A DNA stretch of 62,832 bases, filler included. It is 5 parts of 5 records of this genome, joined end to end, with 100 filler letters (N's around TTAATTAATTAA, not from the genome) between each part and the next. Parts side by side here need not be neighbours in the genome. Positions count along the whole stretch, not along the records: positions 43,364 to 56,011 come from DRR378314_2053; positions 56,112 to 62,832 come from DRR378314_2068; 3 more parts are not named here. The stretch is one strand, 5' to 3'. Of this stretch, positions 51,891 to 62,213 are shown piece by piece; position 1 is the stretch's first letter, and each line of letters begins with the position of its first letter. The translations under genes were made by a program, and so were the position numbers. The notes beneath the pieces are model-generated. The model was not told the origin of the DNA and searched no databases. It was given only the letters and a program-made list of their open reading frames with translations.

Positions 51891-54554
51891 CTAGTCAATC
51901 GCATCGTCCCAAGCCTGGTGCTTTTGCAGAGCTTCAATCAACGCGTCGGCCTTCGCCACCAAGCTGCTCGTTTGTTCGCCGTTGGGGCGCATTGTCGGGA
52001 GTCCCTCAAGGGCACTGAGCACGGCGCGTACGCTCTCGAGATCGGTAGCCAAGCGCCGGACAACGAGCTCGCTGGTCGCCGGGCTTGGATCTTGTGCGCT
52101 CTCGTCCCACGCGTGGAGCATCGCGCGCAGAGGACCCTGGAGTAGGCGGGTGAAGCCGAGACGCCGCGAACCAGTAAGCGGTACAGGATCGCGCCCATTA
52201 GCTTGTAATTCACCGATCAAAACGTCAATACACCACATGGCGATCTGCAAGACGTATGCGATGCGCTAATAAAAAGTATGCACGTACTAGACTGCGGCCC
52301 ACTGGATATTCGCTGTGCTTTACGTTCGCACGGCGCTTGAGCCGCGCAGGAATTTTTCACCCGAACGAGGAGCGTCGAGAGTGGCCATGTTCTCGATTCT
52401 CCTTACCACGAGATCGCGATGGACTGCCGCAGTAAATGCCTTGACATCTGTTGCAAGGATGCCCCGAATATGTACGGTGAAGTCAACGGCATCCCGGATG
52501 GCATCCTGTCGTAGGGCAGCGGAGGTAGGTGATGCCGTACAGGGCACGCTCTCGCTTGCTCCGGTCGCGGAGAGGAGGGAACCCGCCGGACAAAATGCGA
52601 GAATGTCCTGTATCGAACGCGTCGATTCGTCAATAACCGAAATCGCCTCGGCTACCGTTGCTTGCTGTCTAGTTGCCGCGGTTGGAAATGCGGACTGCAT
52701 CACGGCGATTGCTGGAGCAATGTTTTGCATCTGCACTTGGCACACAGGTGCAGGGCACAGTATGATCGATGCATCAAGCAGGGCTTCTACTTCACCTTCA
52801 ACAACACCGATGATCCTGACGCCACCAAACAAGTTTTTGGCTTCCAGCACCCATTTGTGGTCTTGTTCCATATTTAGAATTGCCCGTAGTGTCTCTATTT
52901 ACTCACAACGAGAAGAGACTGCTGCTCTGTGCAAATTCGAGTGCGCCGCATTCCGTGTGCGACAAGGGCACCTTGGATGCAAAGCCTCAATTTTCCTGGC
53001 GTGTACTTCCAGTCGCTTCAAGGTACGCACCACTTTATACGAGTCCCGCAAATTCTTCTCTACAGTATGTAAGTACGAAATCGGCATAGATGGTTCGGCT
53101 GTTACATCTGCATCCTGGGCATTGTGCCGGCGTGCTTCGCGGAGTGACAATAGGGCATCCTCGGCACTTCGCGTCAACGCCTCTGCCGCGGCCGCAGCAT
53201 TTGCCCGCAACCGGCTGCCGTCTTTGCCGCCGCATTCATCTTCCCAACGGAATGTTGCGATCTCACTTGCACAAGAACGAGCATCAAGCACCGTGGAAGT
53301 CACACGCTGGAAATTTTGCAGCACATTGCGAAGCGTCTTTTCCGCCTGAGATGCTCTGCGCTCCAGGTGAGAGTTCTGGTGCAGCAGCAGAACCAGTCTC
53401 CGCTTATCGAGTGCAGCCGTCGATGACTCCGGGTGCCCATTCTCCGTTGCACAAACTGCATCCAGCTGTACATGAAGAGCACAAATCGCCGTTCCTCAGC
53501 AATGACGATATTTTCTCTAGTTCACACATCTTGTGTGATCACTTGAATGAAGAGAAGCTATCGATGTGAGAAGCTACAAATTCACAGCACAGAGGGAACG
53601 GGAGCCGCCGTCCGCAACGACAGCGGGCGGCGCCGAGTGCAAATCTTCCTCTGGCGGTTTGGTTTCCTTCGCCCTTTGCGTAGACTAATACAATGTGCTG
53701 ATGGAAACGTACAACATTACGCATATATTTGACGTCATCTTCGAACTGGGCACGAGCATCTGCGTTGAGGAGGATAGATGCGCGGCTAGGTTGCTCCCAT
53801 TGTCCGACGTTGCAGGCGTCCGTCGAAGCGTCACTTCCAGTAGGGACTTCAGCTTGGGGTGGCTCGATTCGTCTATCTTGTTTTCCCGGTCTCCGAGAGC
53901 GCTTTCTGCTATCAAGATGGCGTTCCAACGCATCTATGGCCTTGAGGAATGCCACCTTTTTGGTTGAGTTTCCGATATCTGCAAAGGAAATCTCGAGCGA
54001 CGGAACCACATTCTGTCCATCGGATAGCGCAGCGTAGAAAGTAGAGCCCGCGCCAATGTGGCCCAGTAAATCTCAGGCACGGCGCCACGCATACAGACAA
54101 TGACAAGCGCTGCCATTCTTCCAGACATATAATCGTGGAAACCCCAATATTATGTCATAAAGGAGTCGATCATCGTTAGCATTCATATTTACTTGAGACG
54201 AGTCTACTCAAAGCCAGCAGAAGAGCAGCTTACGGAGGGTTCGGGGTATCAGAAACGCTCGCGGCTGTGCCCGTCGTACTTGAAGTCGACATGCGGGCAC
54301 AACAACCTGTGGCCCCGCAAAGCGCTGCAACAGAGGCAGAAGAGTACCTTGAGATCTTGCTCTGCAATCTTGCCGAACACGCGCCGAAAAGCCTCCTCCG
54401 AAATTCGGCGTTGCTCGGCAGTCCTGTTCGTACGCTCCTCGAGTGCCAGCTCTTCTTTTCTGTCCCGGCACAGCGCGTCGAGAGCTGGCTTGCCACACAA
54501 CCGCAGTAGTGTGCAGAGCAAGCGCTCCCTTGTCTCCCAATTCAAATTTTTCAC
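51891..54554 (-). CDS. Probable spliced gene(s) of unknown function
   Basis: Run of abutting same-strand ORFs with helical, protein-like composition (51891-52250, 52320-52871, 52899-53324, 53539-54009, 54249-54554); exon model not resolved. Confidence 0.4.
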
Positions 54555-55305
54555 CTCCTATAGTACAGATAATGTTCAGATCACGAACATTAAATGTCAA
54601 GCAATAAATGCACCATTTTTCTTTATCGAGAAGGTGTGGTATAGCATATTGAACTCTCTATAGTCTGCCCAGTACCGCGGTGCGGAAGCCTACGCGCCTA
54701 CTACTGCGGTTGAGCGCGTGCACAGTGCCGTCAAACAAAGGCTCGCCGGGCTTCAACATCACTTGCGTTTTGGTCCTAGTTTCACGTGCGCGATTACAGT
54801 ATTCTGCAAACGCACCTCAAAAGTTAGGTCATGAAATGCTTTGCAGCGAAGGAGCCGTTCATAGAGATTGCGCAACTTGGCGGACATCAAAGGGCTAATC
54901 TTGCAGCACAGCGGCGCGAAACCCCTACGCGCGGAGTATCCGAGGTGCTGTAATACGCATGGAATGCTGCAATGAAAAGAGAATACCGAACGTAGATATT
55001 GCCTATTCGCGGATGTATATATCCCAAACCGTCTGTGTAAGAGAGGAGTTTCGCGCCGTGCGCTTCCTGCGCGAAGATGTGAAACGATTGGGGCGAAGAG
55101 CCGTCGAGAGAAGTGTCTGCGCCTCCGCTTCTGCGTTGGAATCGCTTCGAAGCCCTGTGGCTGATGCAGAAGCACACCTATGCTTCTTGTATGTCCTTGC
55201 GGCCGCGCTGCCCGGGTGTCCTGGCCTGCGAGGCTTCCGCAGACACGCGCGAGAAGCCGTGGCGCCGTACGCAGTCTGTGTACAGTTCGCTCCGGAGCGG
55301 CAACG

Positions 55306-55642
55306 ATGGCCTCTCTCCGACGTTTCCGCTTCAGTGACTTTTGGTCATTCAATGCAGTAAATTTGGATCACCTTACGGAAACGGTGTGTACTTTTAATGA
55401 GAATGAGCGAGCGGGGCCACTGCGCGCTGCAACAGCGTGCATACCTGGCTGAGCATAGGTGCTGCACAGGCACTCGTTGCGCACTTGCGGCTTGCTGTCT
55501 CACGCGGCGCTGTCACGTGGTTTGTCCCTGTCGCTCGGCCTATTTCGCAGTACAATATATCGTTTTATTTTCGATATTTGGCGCAATGGCCGGATTTCTT
55601 CTACGTGGCCGAGAACTCGGGGGGCCGAATGATGGGCTACAG
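55306..55642 (+). CDS. NAA20: N-alpha-acetyltransferase 20 (NatB catalytic subunit), first two exons
   Basis: Exons 55306-55383 and 55551 to ~55642 give MASLRRFRFSDFWSFNAVNLDHLTET|YNISFYFRYLAQWPDFFYVAENSGGRMMGY, the NAA20/Nat3 N-terminus. Confidence 0.88.
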
Positions 55643-56011
55643 GTGCGACATTCATGCACTGCTGCACTCGCCTTCTCCGCCGTGCCCACGCGCTCCGCCG
55701 CGGCGTAGCTAGCGGCTCACACTGCTCGTGCAGTGCCTCCTACACTTCCTCTGACTTTGGGCCTGCTGTTTGTCCCATTCTCCTCTTTTTTGTTTCGCAG
55801 TATGTTGCAGATCTAACAGCTACTTCAAAATGTATATGAAAATGCGGGTGAGAGCCTTGGAGCGGTGTGCTTGCAGCCTGACTTCCCCGTTGACGGTACT
55901 CGCCGTCTGCGCGATGCCCAGAGTCAGTGGCGAGTTCGACTGCGCTGCTTCTCGAGTTGCAACGTTCCTATCCCGAAACACTTGGGACTTTCTCTTGCAG
56001 CCGGATACATA

Positions 56012-56111
56012 NNNNNNNNNNNNNNNNNNNNNNNNNNNNNNNNNNNNNNNNNNNNTTAATTAATTAANNNNNNNNNNNNNNNNNNNNNNNNNNNNNNNNN
56101 NNNNNNNNNNN
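56012..56111. other. Artificial contig spacer
   Basis: N44-TTAATTAATTAA-N44. Confidence 0.99.
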
Positions 56112-56112
56112 C

Positions 56113-56985
56113 GGCATCACCATCAACCGCATCGAAGGCAAGGCTGATGAGCTGATCGCCCGGATGCAGGCCGAGGGTGCAAACTCTCCGGCGGACATCC
56201 TGCTGACAGTGGATACCTCCCGTCTGGCGCGCGCGAAGGACGCAGGTGTTCTGCAATCGATCGACAGCGACGTGCTCGAAGACCGGATCCCGTCCAACCT
56301 GCAGGACGCCGACAACCAGTGGTTCGGCTTTTCACAGCGCGCCCGCATCGTGTTCTACGACAAGGCCGACGTGGACAACCCGCCGGCGACCTACATGGAT
56401 CTGATCAAGCCCGAGTACAAAGGAATGGTCTGCCACCGGTCCTCCAGCAACGTCTATGCCCAGACGCTGCTCTCTGCGATCATCGAAAACCACGGTGAGG
56501 AAAAGGCACGTGAATGGGCCGCTGGCATGGTGGAGAACTTTGCGCGCGCGCCGCAGGGTGGCGACACCGATCAGCTGCGCGGCATCATCTCCGGCGAATG
56601 TGATGTCTCGGTTGCCAACTCCTATTACTTTGCCCGCGCGCTGCGGAAGGATGTCAAAGGCCTCTCAGCCGACATCGACCAGATTGCGTGGGTTTTCCCG
56701 TCTCAGGACGCGGAAGGTGCGCATATGAACCTGTCCGGTGGCGGCGTTGCGGCCCATGCACCGAACCGCGACAACGCGGTCAAGTTTCTTGAGTATCTCG
56801 CATCCGATCAGGCGCAACAGTATTTCTCCGGTGGCAACGACGAGTTCCCTGCCGTTCCTTCGGTCGAAAAGTCTGAAAGCGTGGCAAAGCTGGGTGAATT
56901 TGTCGCCGACGATGTCGAACTGTCCAAAGTTGCTCTGAACCTTCCGACCGCGCAGAAGATCTTCAATGAGGTTGGCTGGGAATAA
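56113..56985 (+). CDS. futA: Fe(III) ABC transporter substrate-binding protein (5' truncated)
   Basis: EGANSPADILLTVD, RSSSNVY, GGDTDQLR and ANSYY (tandem Tyr iron ligands); open to the contig edge. Confidence 0.9.
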   Translation, partial: GITINRIEGKADELIARMQAEGANSPADILLTVDTSRLARAKDAGVLQSIDSDVLEDRIPSNLQDADNQWFGFSQRARIVFYDKADVDNPPATYMDLIKPEYKGMVCHRSSSNVYAQTLLSAIIENHGEEKAREWAAGMVENFARAPQGGDTDQLRGIISGECDVSVANSYYFARALRKDVKGLSADIDQIAWVFPSQDAEGAHMNLSGGGVAAHAPNRDNAVKFLEYLASDQAQQYFSGGNDEFPAVPSVEKSESVAKLGEFVADDVELSKVALNLPTAQKIFNEVGWE

Positions 56986-57009
56986 GCAGCTCTAGCGTAT
57001 TCGAGAGAG

Positions 57010-57039
57010 AGGGCGCAGTTTCGGCTGCGCCCTTTTTTT
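57010..57039 (+). terminator. Rho-independent terminator after futA
   Basis: AGGGCGCAG-TTTCGG-CTGCGCCCT followed by a T-tract. Confidence 0.9.
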
Positions 57040-57340
57040 GCATCCGCTTTGCAAGAATCGGGAGCGGGAATCCCAATCTGCAACGCGTGAACAAATGCAG
57101 AGAAGTGAAGCCGCGCCCCAGAAATTTGAATTTTCATACAATTTTTCTGATGTGAAATCAGGGAGCAAGCTCGAAACAGGTGATTTGCTCCCCGCTTCTG
57201 CCGAATCTTTGTCTGGACCGAGCCGTCTTCAGAACCTATAGAGTCGCGCCAATCAAGACATAGAGATTGCAAATTCATAAAGCGGGGAGCTCGGTTGACA
57301 TGCCGATTGCGATGCACTTGATGCGCAGGGGCATGTCCTG

Positions 57341-58204
57341 ATGCGCACGCCAGTTACGATCATCAGTGGATATCTCGGCGCGGGTAAGACAACGCTGATC
57401 AACGCGCTGCTTGGCGAGGATCACGGCTTGCGTCTGGCCGTTTTGGTCAATGACTTCGGCAGCATCAATATCGACGCCTCGCTTATTGCAGATGCGGATG
57501 TCGACAGGATTGCGTTGACCAACGGCTGCGTGTGTTGCTCGCTTGGTGATGACCTAGCCTTGAGCGTCAATGAGATCCTGACCCGCGGGACACAGCCCGA
57601 TCATATCCTGATCGAAGCCAGTGGTGTCGCCGAGCCAGTTGCGATCGCCAATGCATTGCTCAATGACAGCCGCCTTAGCTATGCAGGTATTGTCACCGTG
57701 GTGGATGGTTCCAGCTTTTCCACCTTGATGGATGATCCACTGCTGAAACCTCAGGTGGCGCAGCAAATCTGCGCGGCAGATCTGGTTCTTCTCAGCAAAC
57801 TCGACAGCGCGCCCGAAACAGAGTTGCTCGATCAGCTCCGTCAGGTGGGGGCTCGAACTCCAACTCGGATCGCCGATATGGAGTTGTCTCGCATGCTATT
57901 CGATATCGTGCCGCTCCCGCGCGGCACGACCCCTGCGCCGCACCCCGGATACGTCAGCTGGCAACATCGCAGCAAAACGGTCATGGACCGTCGGGCACTG
58001 GGTGACAAACTGGCCGACCGGCCAGAGGGGCTCTACCGAATGAAAGGCTTCGTGCTGACCTCAGGTGGTGCCTATGAGTTGCATATTGTCGGTCGCCATG
58101 TTGAGGCACGCCGCTGTGTTGCGGATGAAACGCTTCTGGTTGCCCTTGGCCCGGAGCAACGCGTGAGCCACGCCGAGATCGAGGCCTGGTGGAGCGGCTC
58201 CTGA
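57341..58204 (+). CDS. CobW/COG0523 family P-loop GTPase metallochaperone
   Basis: SGYLGAGKTT, VNDFG.INID, NGCVCC, IEASGVAEP, SKLD and CobW_C-like YRMKGFV. Confidence 0.9.
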   Translation: MRTPVTIISGYLGAGKTTLINALLGEDHGLRLAVLVNDFGSINIDASLIADADVDRIALTNGCVCCSLGDDLALSVNEILTRGTQPDHILIEASGVAEPVAIANALLNDSRLSYAGIVTVVDGSSFSTLMDDPLLKPQVAQQICAADLVLLSKLDSAPETELLDQLRQVGARTPTRIADMELSRMLFDIVPLPRGTTPAPHPGYVSWQHRSKTVMDRRALGDKLADRPEGLYRMKGFVLTSGGAYELHIVGRHVEARRCVADETLLVALGPEQRVSHAEIEAWWSGS

Positions 58205-58214
58205 CCTAAGCGCC

Positions 58215-59894
58215 TTAAGTCCGGCGTCGCACTTGCCGACAGACTAGGATAACCGGAAGCAACCCCACCGCCATAATCACCAGTGATGGTACAGCGGCCC
58301 CTTCGAGCCGTTCATCCGCCGCCAGCCGATGCGCCTGCACCGCCAGCGTGTCGAAATTGAACGGCCGCATGATCAATGTTGCAGGCAGCTCCTTCATGAC
58401 GTCGACAAAGACGATCAGCAGCGCCGTCAGCAGGCTTGGCGTCAGGATCGGCAGATGCACCCGGCGCAGCATGCCAAATGGGCTCTGCCCCAATGAACGC
58501 GCAGCCGCGTCCATATTGGCATGAACCGTTGCCTGCCCCCCTTCATAAGCCCCCAGCGCTGCCGCCATGAAGCGCACAACATACGCCATCACCAGAAGCC
58601 AGATCGAACCGGTGACCAGCAGCCCTGTCCGAATGCCGAAGTTGGCGCGCATCCAGGCGTCAAGCGCGTTGTCGAACGCGGCAAATGGCACCATCAAACC
58701 CACCGCGATCACTCCGCCCGGCACCGCATAGCCAAGGCGCGAAAAATTCGCGGCTGCGCTCGATAGCTTGCCCGGGCGGAGACGTTGGTAAAATCCAAGG
58801 CTGACCGCTGCCAGCAGCGTTATCAGCGCCGCCATGCTTGCCAGCGTCAGCGAGTTCTTGATGAAGGCAATATAGCGGCTGCTCAGCAGGTTCTGTTCAG
58901 ACTCAAGCCCCATCAGCGTCAGGCTCACCAACGGCACCAGGAACCCAAAGATCACCGGCAGTGCGCAAAGCACCCAAGCCGCAATCACATTGCCGCCGTT
59001 CAGTGTCGCCGGGGGCAGTGCGGCTTGTTGTTTTCCGGCGTGGTGGTAACGCGCCTTGCCGCGGCTGACACGCTCAGCCACCGCGAGCATCAATGCAAAC
59101 CCCAACAGACAGAGGGCCAGTTGCGCAGCTCCCCCACGATCTCCCAGCGAAAACCAGCTGGTGTAGATGCCGGTGGCAAAGGTCTGCACCCCGAAATAGG
59201 CCACTGTGCCGTAATCCGCGATGGTCTCCATAACCGCCAGCAACACGCCCGAGGCCACCGCAGGCCGCGCCATCGGCAGGCTGACACGCCAAAACGCGCG
59301 CCAGGAGCTATCCCCCAACGCCCGCGCCGCAAGAAACGCGCTGGAGCTTTGCTGCAGGAAGGCGGCTCGCGCCAGCAGGTAGACATATGGGTAAAGCACC
59401 AGCACCAGCATCAGCGCCGCACCGCCAAGTGACCGGATTTCCGGGAACCAGTAGTCGCGCGGCCCCCAGCCTGTCACATCCCGCAGGGTCGACTGCACAA
59501 TCCCCGGATGGTCGAGCAGAAATGTATAGGCATAGGCCAGAACATAGGCCGGAAACGCCAGCGGCAGCACCAACGCCACCTCGAAGAACCGCACGCCGGG
59601 AAACCGGGTCATGGTGACCAGCCAGGCCGCCCCCACGCCGATGGAGAATGTGCCCAACGACACCAGCAGCACCAGATAGACCGTGGTACGCGCATAGCGG
59701 GGCAGCACAGTATCCGCGAGATGCGAGATCGTCTCCACCCCGCCCGTCAGCGCCGCGATACCAACCGCCACCATCGGCAGCAGGCAGGACAGCGCAACGA
59801 TCCAGGCCATCAGTGCAAAGCCGCGTGTGCCCCTGCTCCGGGCGGCGCTTTGGCGGTGGGCTACTGGCGCCTGTGTCTGGCTTGCTTGCGTCAT
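58215..59894 (-). CDS. futB: Fe(III) ABC transporter permease
   Basis: Two permease repeats; LPLAFPAYVLAYAY, YPYVYLLARAAF, GYAVPG and DVMKELPATLIMRPFNFDTLA. Confidence 0.9.
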   Translation of the reverse strand: MTQASQTQAPVAHRQSAARSRGTRGFALMAWIVALSCLLPMVAVGIAALTGGVETISHLADTVLPRYARTTVYLVLLVSLGTFSIGVGAAWLVTMTRFPGVRFFEVALVLPLAFPAYVLAYAYTFLLDHPGIVQSTLRDVTGWGPRDYWFPEIRSLGGAALMLVLVLYPYVYLLARAAFLQQSSSAFLAARALGDSSWRAFWRVSLPMARPAVASGVLLAVMETIADYGTVAYFGVQTFATGIYTSWFSLGDRGGAAQLALCLLGFALMLAVAERVSRGKARYHHAGKQQAALPPATLNGGNVIAAWVLCALPVIFGFLVPLVSLTLMGLESEQNLLSSRYIAFIKNSLTLASMAALITLLAAVSLGFYQRLRPGKLSSAAANFSRLGYAVPGGVIAVGLMVPFAAFDNALDAWMRANFGIRTGLLVTGSIWLLVMAYVVRFMAAALGAYEGGQATVHANMDAAARSLGQSPFGMLRRVHLPILTPSLLTALLIVFVDVMKELPATLIMRPFNFDTLAVQAHRLAADERLEGAAVPSLVIMAVGLLPVILVCRQVRRRT

Positions 59895-60020
59895 TCATCC
59901 TGCCTTTGAACAGAGTCGCACCTGTTTCAAGCATTTCTGTCGGAAATTCCAGCGCGAAACCGCCGCTGCGACGGCATGTCGGCAGCGGCGGCACTGTCGG
60001 GTCCAGCAAGAGGCTGCAGA

Positions 60021-61238
60021 TCAGTCGTAGCTGCGCAGATCCTCGATCACGAGGCCATCCTTGGGCAGGCTCCCCGGGGCAACCACATCCACGGCGCCCT
60101 TCATCTTCAGCACATCAATAACCGAGCGGGCAAAGCTGATCTCGTCGCCGCCTTCGGCTTCGATCCGGACGGTCATCACATCCATCTCGCCCTCGCGGGA
60201 GGCCACGACGCGCGCCTTGACGATCTCGTCATGTTTTTCAACCAGCGCTGCCACCTGCTCGGGGCGTACGAACATGCCCTTGATCTTGGTGGTCTGATCG
60301 GCGCGCCCCATCCATCCCTTGATACGCAGGTTCGTGCGGCCACAGGGGCTCTCACCGGGCATCACCGCGCTCAGGTCGCCGGTGGCAAAGCGGATCAACG
60401 GGTAATCGCGGTTGAGCGTGGTCACCACCACCTCGCCGACTTCACCCGGTGCAACCGGGGTGCCGGTGCCGGGTGTGACGATCTCGACGATGACTTGTTC
60501 GTCGACAATCATCCCCTCCATCGCGGCGCTCTCATAGGCGATATTGCCCAAATCTGCGGTGGCATAGCACTGCAGACACGCAATGCCGCGATCAGCATAA
60601 TCCTGACGCAAGCTGGGGAACAGCGCGCCGCCACCAACTGCGGCCTTTGTGAACCCCAGTGTCACCCCCATGGCCTCCGCCTTGTCGAGGATCACCTTCA
60701 GGTAATCTGGCGTGCCGGCATAGGTGGTCGCGCCCACATCACGCGCCGCCGTGACCTGCAATTCGGTCTGGCCTGTACCGGCAGGCAGAACCGCAGCCCC
60801 CACCGTGCGCGCACCGTTCTCAAAGATCATCCCTGCAGGTGTCAGGTGATAGCCAAAGCAGTTCTGCACCACATCGCCGGGACCCACGCCCGCGGCATGC
60901 AGAAAACGCCCCATGCGCCACCAGTCGTGGTCCACCCCACCGGGTTCATAGATCGGCCCCGGCGATTGAAAGATATGGGCAAAGCCATGCGCCGGCTTCA
61001 CGGTGAAACCACCGAAGGGTGGATGCGCCGCCTGCGCCGCGCTCAGATCCGCCTTGCGCAGAACGGGCAAGCGCGCAAGATCCGTAACTGTCGTGATCTG
61101 CGCCGGATCCACATCGCTCAACAGGGCGGCAAAGCCGGGCGCAGATTTTGCGCGGGCGATCTGCTCTGGCAAAAGTTTGGCCAGATCTGCAGCCCGCTCA
61201 TCTGCGCTGCGGGTTTCCAATGCATCAAAATAAGTCAT
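60021..61238 (-). CDS. Phenylacetate-CoA ligase (PaaK)-family protein
   Basis: FQSPGPIYEP, NCFGYHLTPAG, YATADLG.IAYE, YPLIRFATGD and GRADQTTKIKGMFVRP. Confidence 0.85.
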   Translation of the reverse strand: MTYFDALETRSADERAADLAKLLPEQIARAKSAPGFAALLSDVDPAQITTVTDLARLPVLRKADLSAAQAAHPPFGGFTVKPAHGFAHIFQSPGPIYEPGGVDHDWWRMGRFLHAAGVGPGDVVQNCFGYHLTPAGMIFENGARTVGAAVLPAGTGQTELQVTAARDVGATTYAGTPDYLKVILDKAEAMGVTLGFTKAAVGGGALFPSLRQDYADRGIACLQCYATADLGNIAYESAAMEGMIVDEQVIVEIVTPGTGTPVAPGEVGEVVVTTLNRDYPLIRFATGDLSAVMPGESPCGRTNLRIKGWMGRADQTTKIKGMFVRPEQVAALVEKHDEIVKARVVASREGEMDVMTVRIEAEGGDEISFARSVIDVLKMKGAVDVVAPGSLPKDGLVIEDLRSYD

Positions 61239-61255
61239 GGTCATCTCTCCCCGCC

Positions 61256-62092
61256 TCAGCTCAGCCACCTCTTGCGACGGCGGTAGGACCGCACGTCACG
61301 GAAACTCTTGCGGCCTTCTTCGGACATCCCGAGGTAGAATTCCTTCACATCCGGGTTCTCGCGCAGCTCTGCCGCAGGGCCGTCCATTACCACCCGGCCG
61401 GATTCCAGAATGTAGCCATAGTGGGCATAACGCAGCGCCACGTTGGTGTTCTGCTCAGCCAGCAGGAAGGTCACGCCTTCGTTCTCGTTGATCGACTTCA
61501 CGATCTGAAAGATCTGCTCCACCAGCTGCGGCGCCAAGCCCATTGATGGCTCATCGAGCAGGATCGTCTCCGGGCGGCTCATCAAGGCGCGCCCCATGGC
61601 GACCATCTGCTGCTCCCCGCCGGAGGTGTAGCCTGCCTGACTTTTGCGGCGCTCCTTCAGCCGAGGGAAATAAGTATAGACCATCTCCAGATCGTCTTGA
61701 ATTTTGGCACTGCCATCGCCGCGCGTATAGGCGCCGGTCAGCAGGTTTTCCTCGACCGTCAGGTGTTCAAAACAATGGCGGCCCTCCATCACCTGGATCA
61801 CCCCCTTGCGCACCAGATCCGCCGGATCCTGCGCATGCACGTCCTTGCCGCGATAGCGCACCGAACCCTTGGTGACCTCGCCGCGTTCGGAATGCAGCAG
61901 GCTGGAAATTGCTTTCAGGGTCGTGGTCTTGCCAGCCCCGTTGCCCCCCAGAAGCGCGGTGATCCCGCCCTTGGGCACGTTCAGACTCACGCCTTTCAGC
62001 ACGAGGATCACGTGGTTGTAGATCACCTCGATATTATTGACTTCGAGCAGCGTCTCCGCCTGCACATCTGTGGTGTTCGCCGCGTCCAGCAT
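61256..62092 (-). CDS. Branched-chain amino acid-type ABC ATPase (LivF-like)
   Basis: GGNGAGKTT, SGGEQQM, LLDEPSMGLAP and AEQN. Confidence 0.92.
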   Translation of the reverse strand: MLDAANTTDVQAETLLEVNNIEVIYNHVILVLKGVSLNVPKGGITALLGGNGAGKTTTLKAISSLLHSERGEVTKGSVRYRGKDVHAQDPADLVRKGVIQVMEGRHCFEHLTVEENLLTGAYTRGDGSAKIQDDLEMVYTYFPRLKERRKSQAGYTSGGEQQMVAMGRALMSRPETILLDEPSMGLAPQLVEQIFQIVKSINENEGVTFLLAEQNTNVALRYAHYGYILESGRVVMDGPAAELRENPDVKEFYLGMSEEGRKSFRDVRSYRRRKRWLS

Positions 62093-62213
62093 CTCGAAAG
62101 CTATCCCTTTCGCCAGTGTCCGTTTGGGACGGAACCGATGCGGCGGCCCTGCGCCACATCATATGAGTTGTTGAAGCCGCGCCGAGAGACCTCTCCCGGC
62201 GCGCCAGGACCGC

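Noticed and set aside
59976-61286. 436-aa plus-strand ORF
   Set aside because: Antisense of the PaaK-like ligase.
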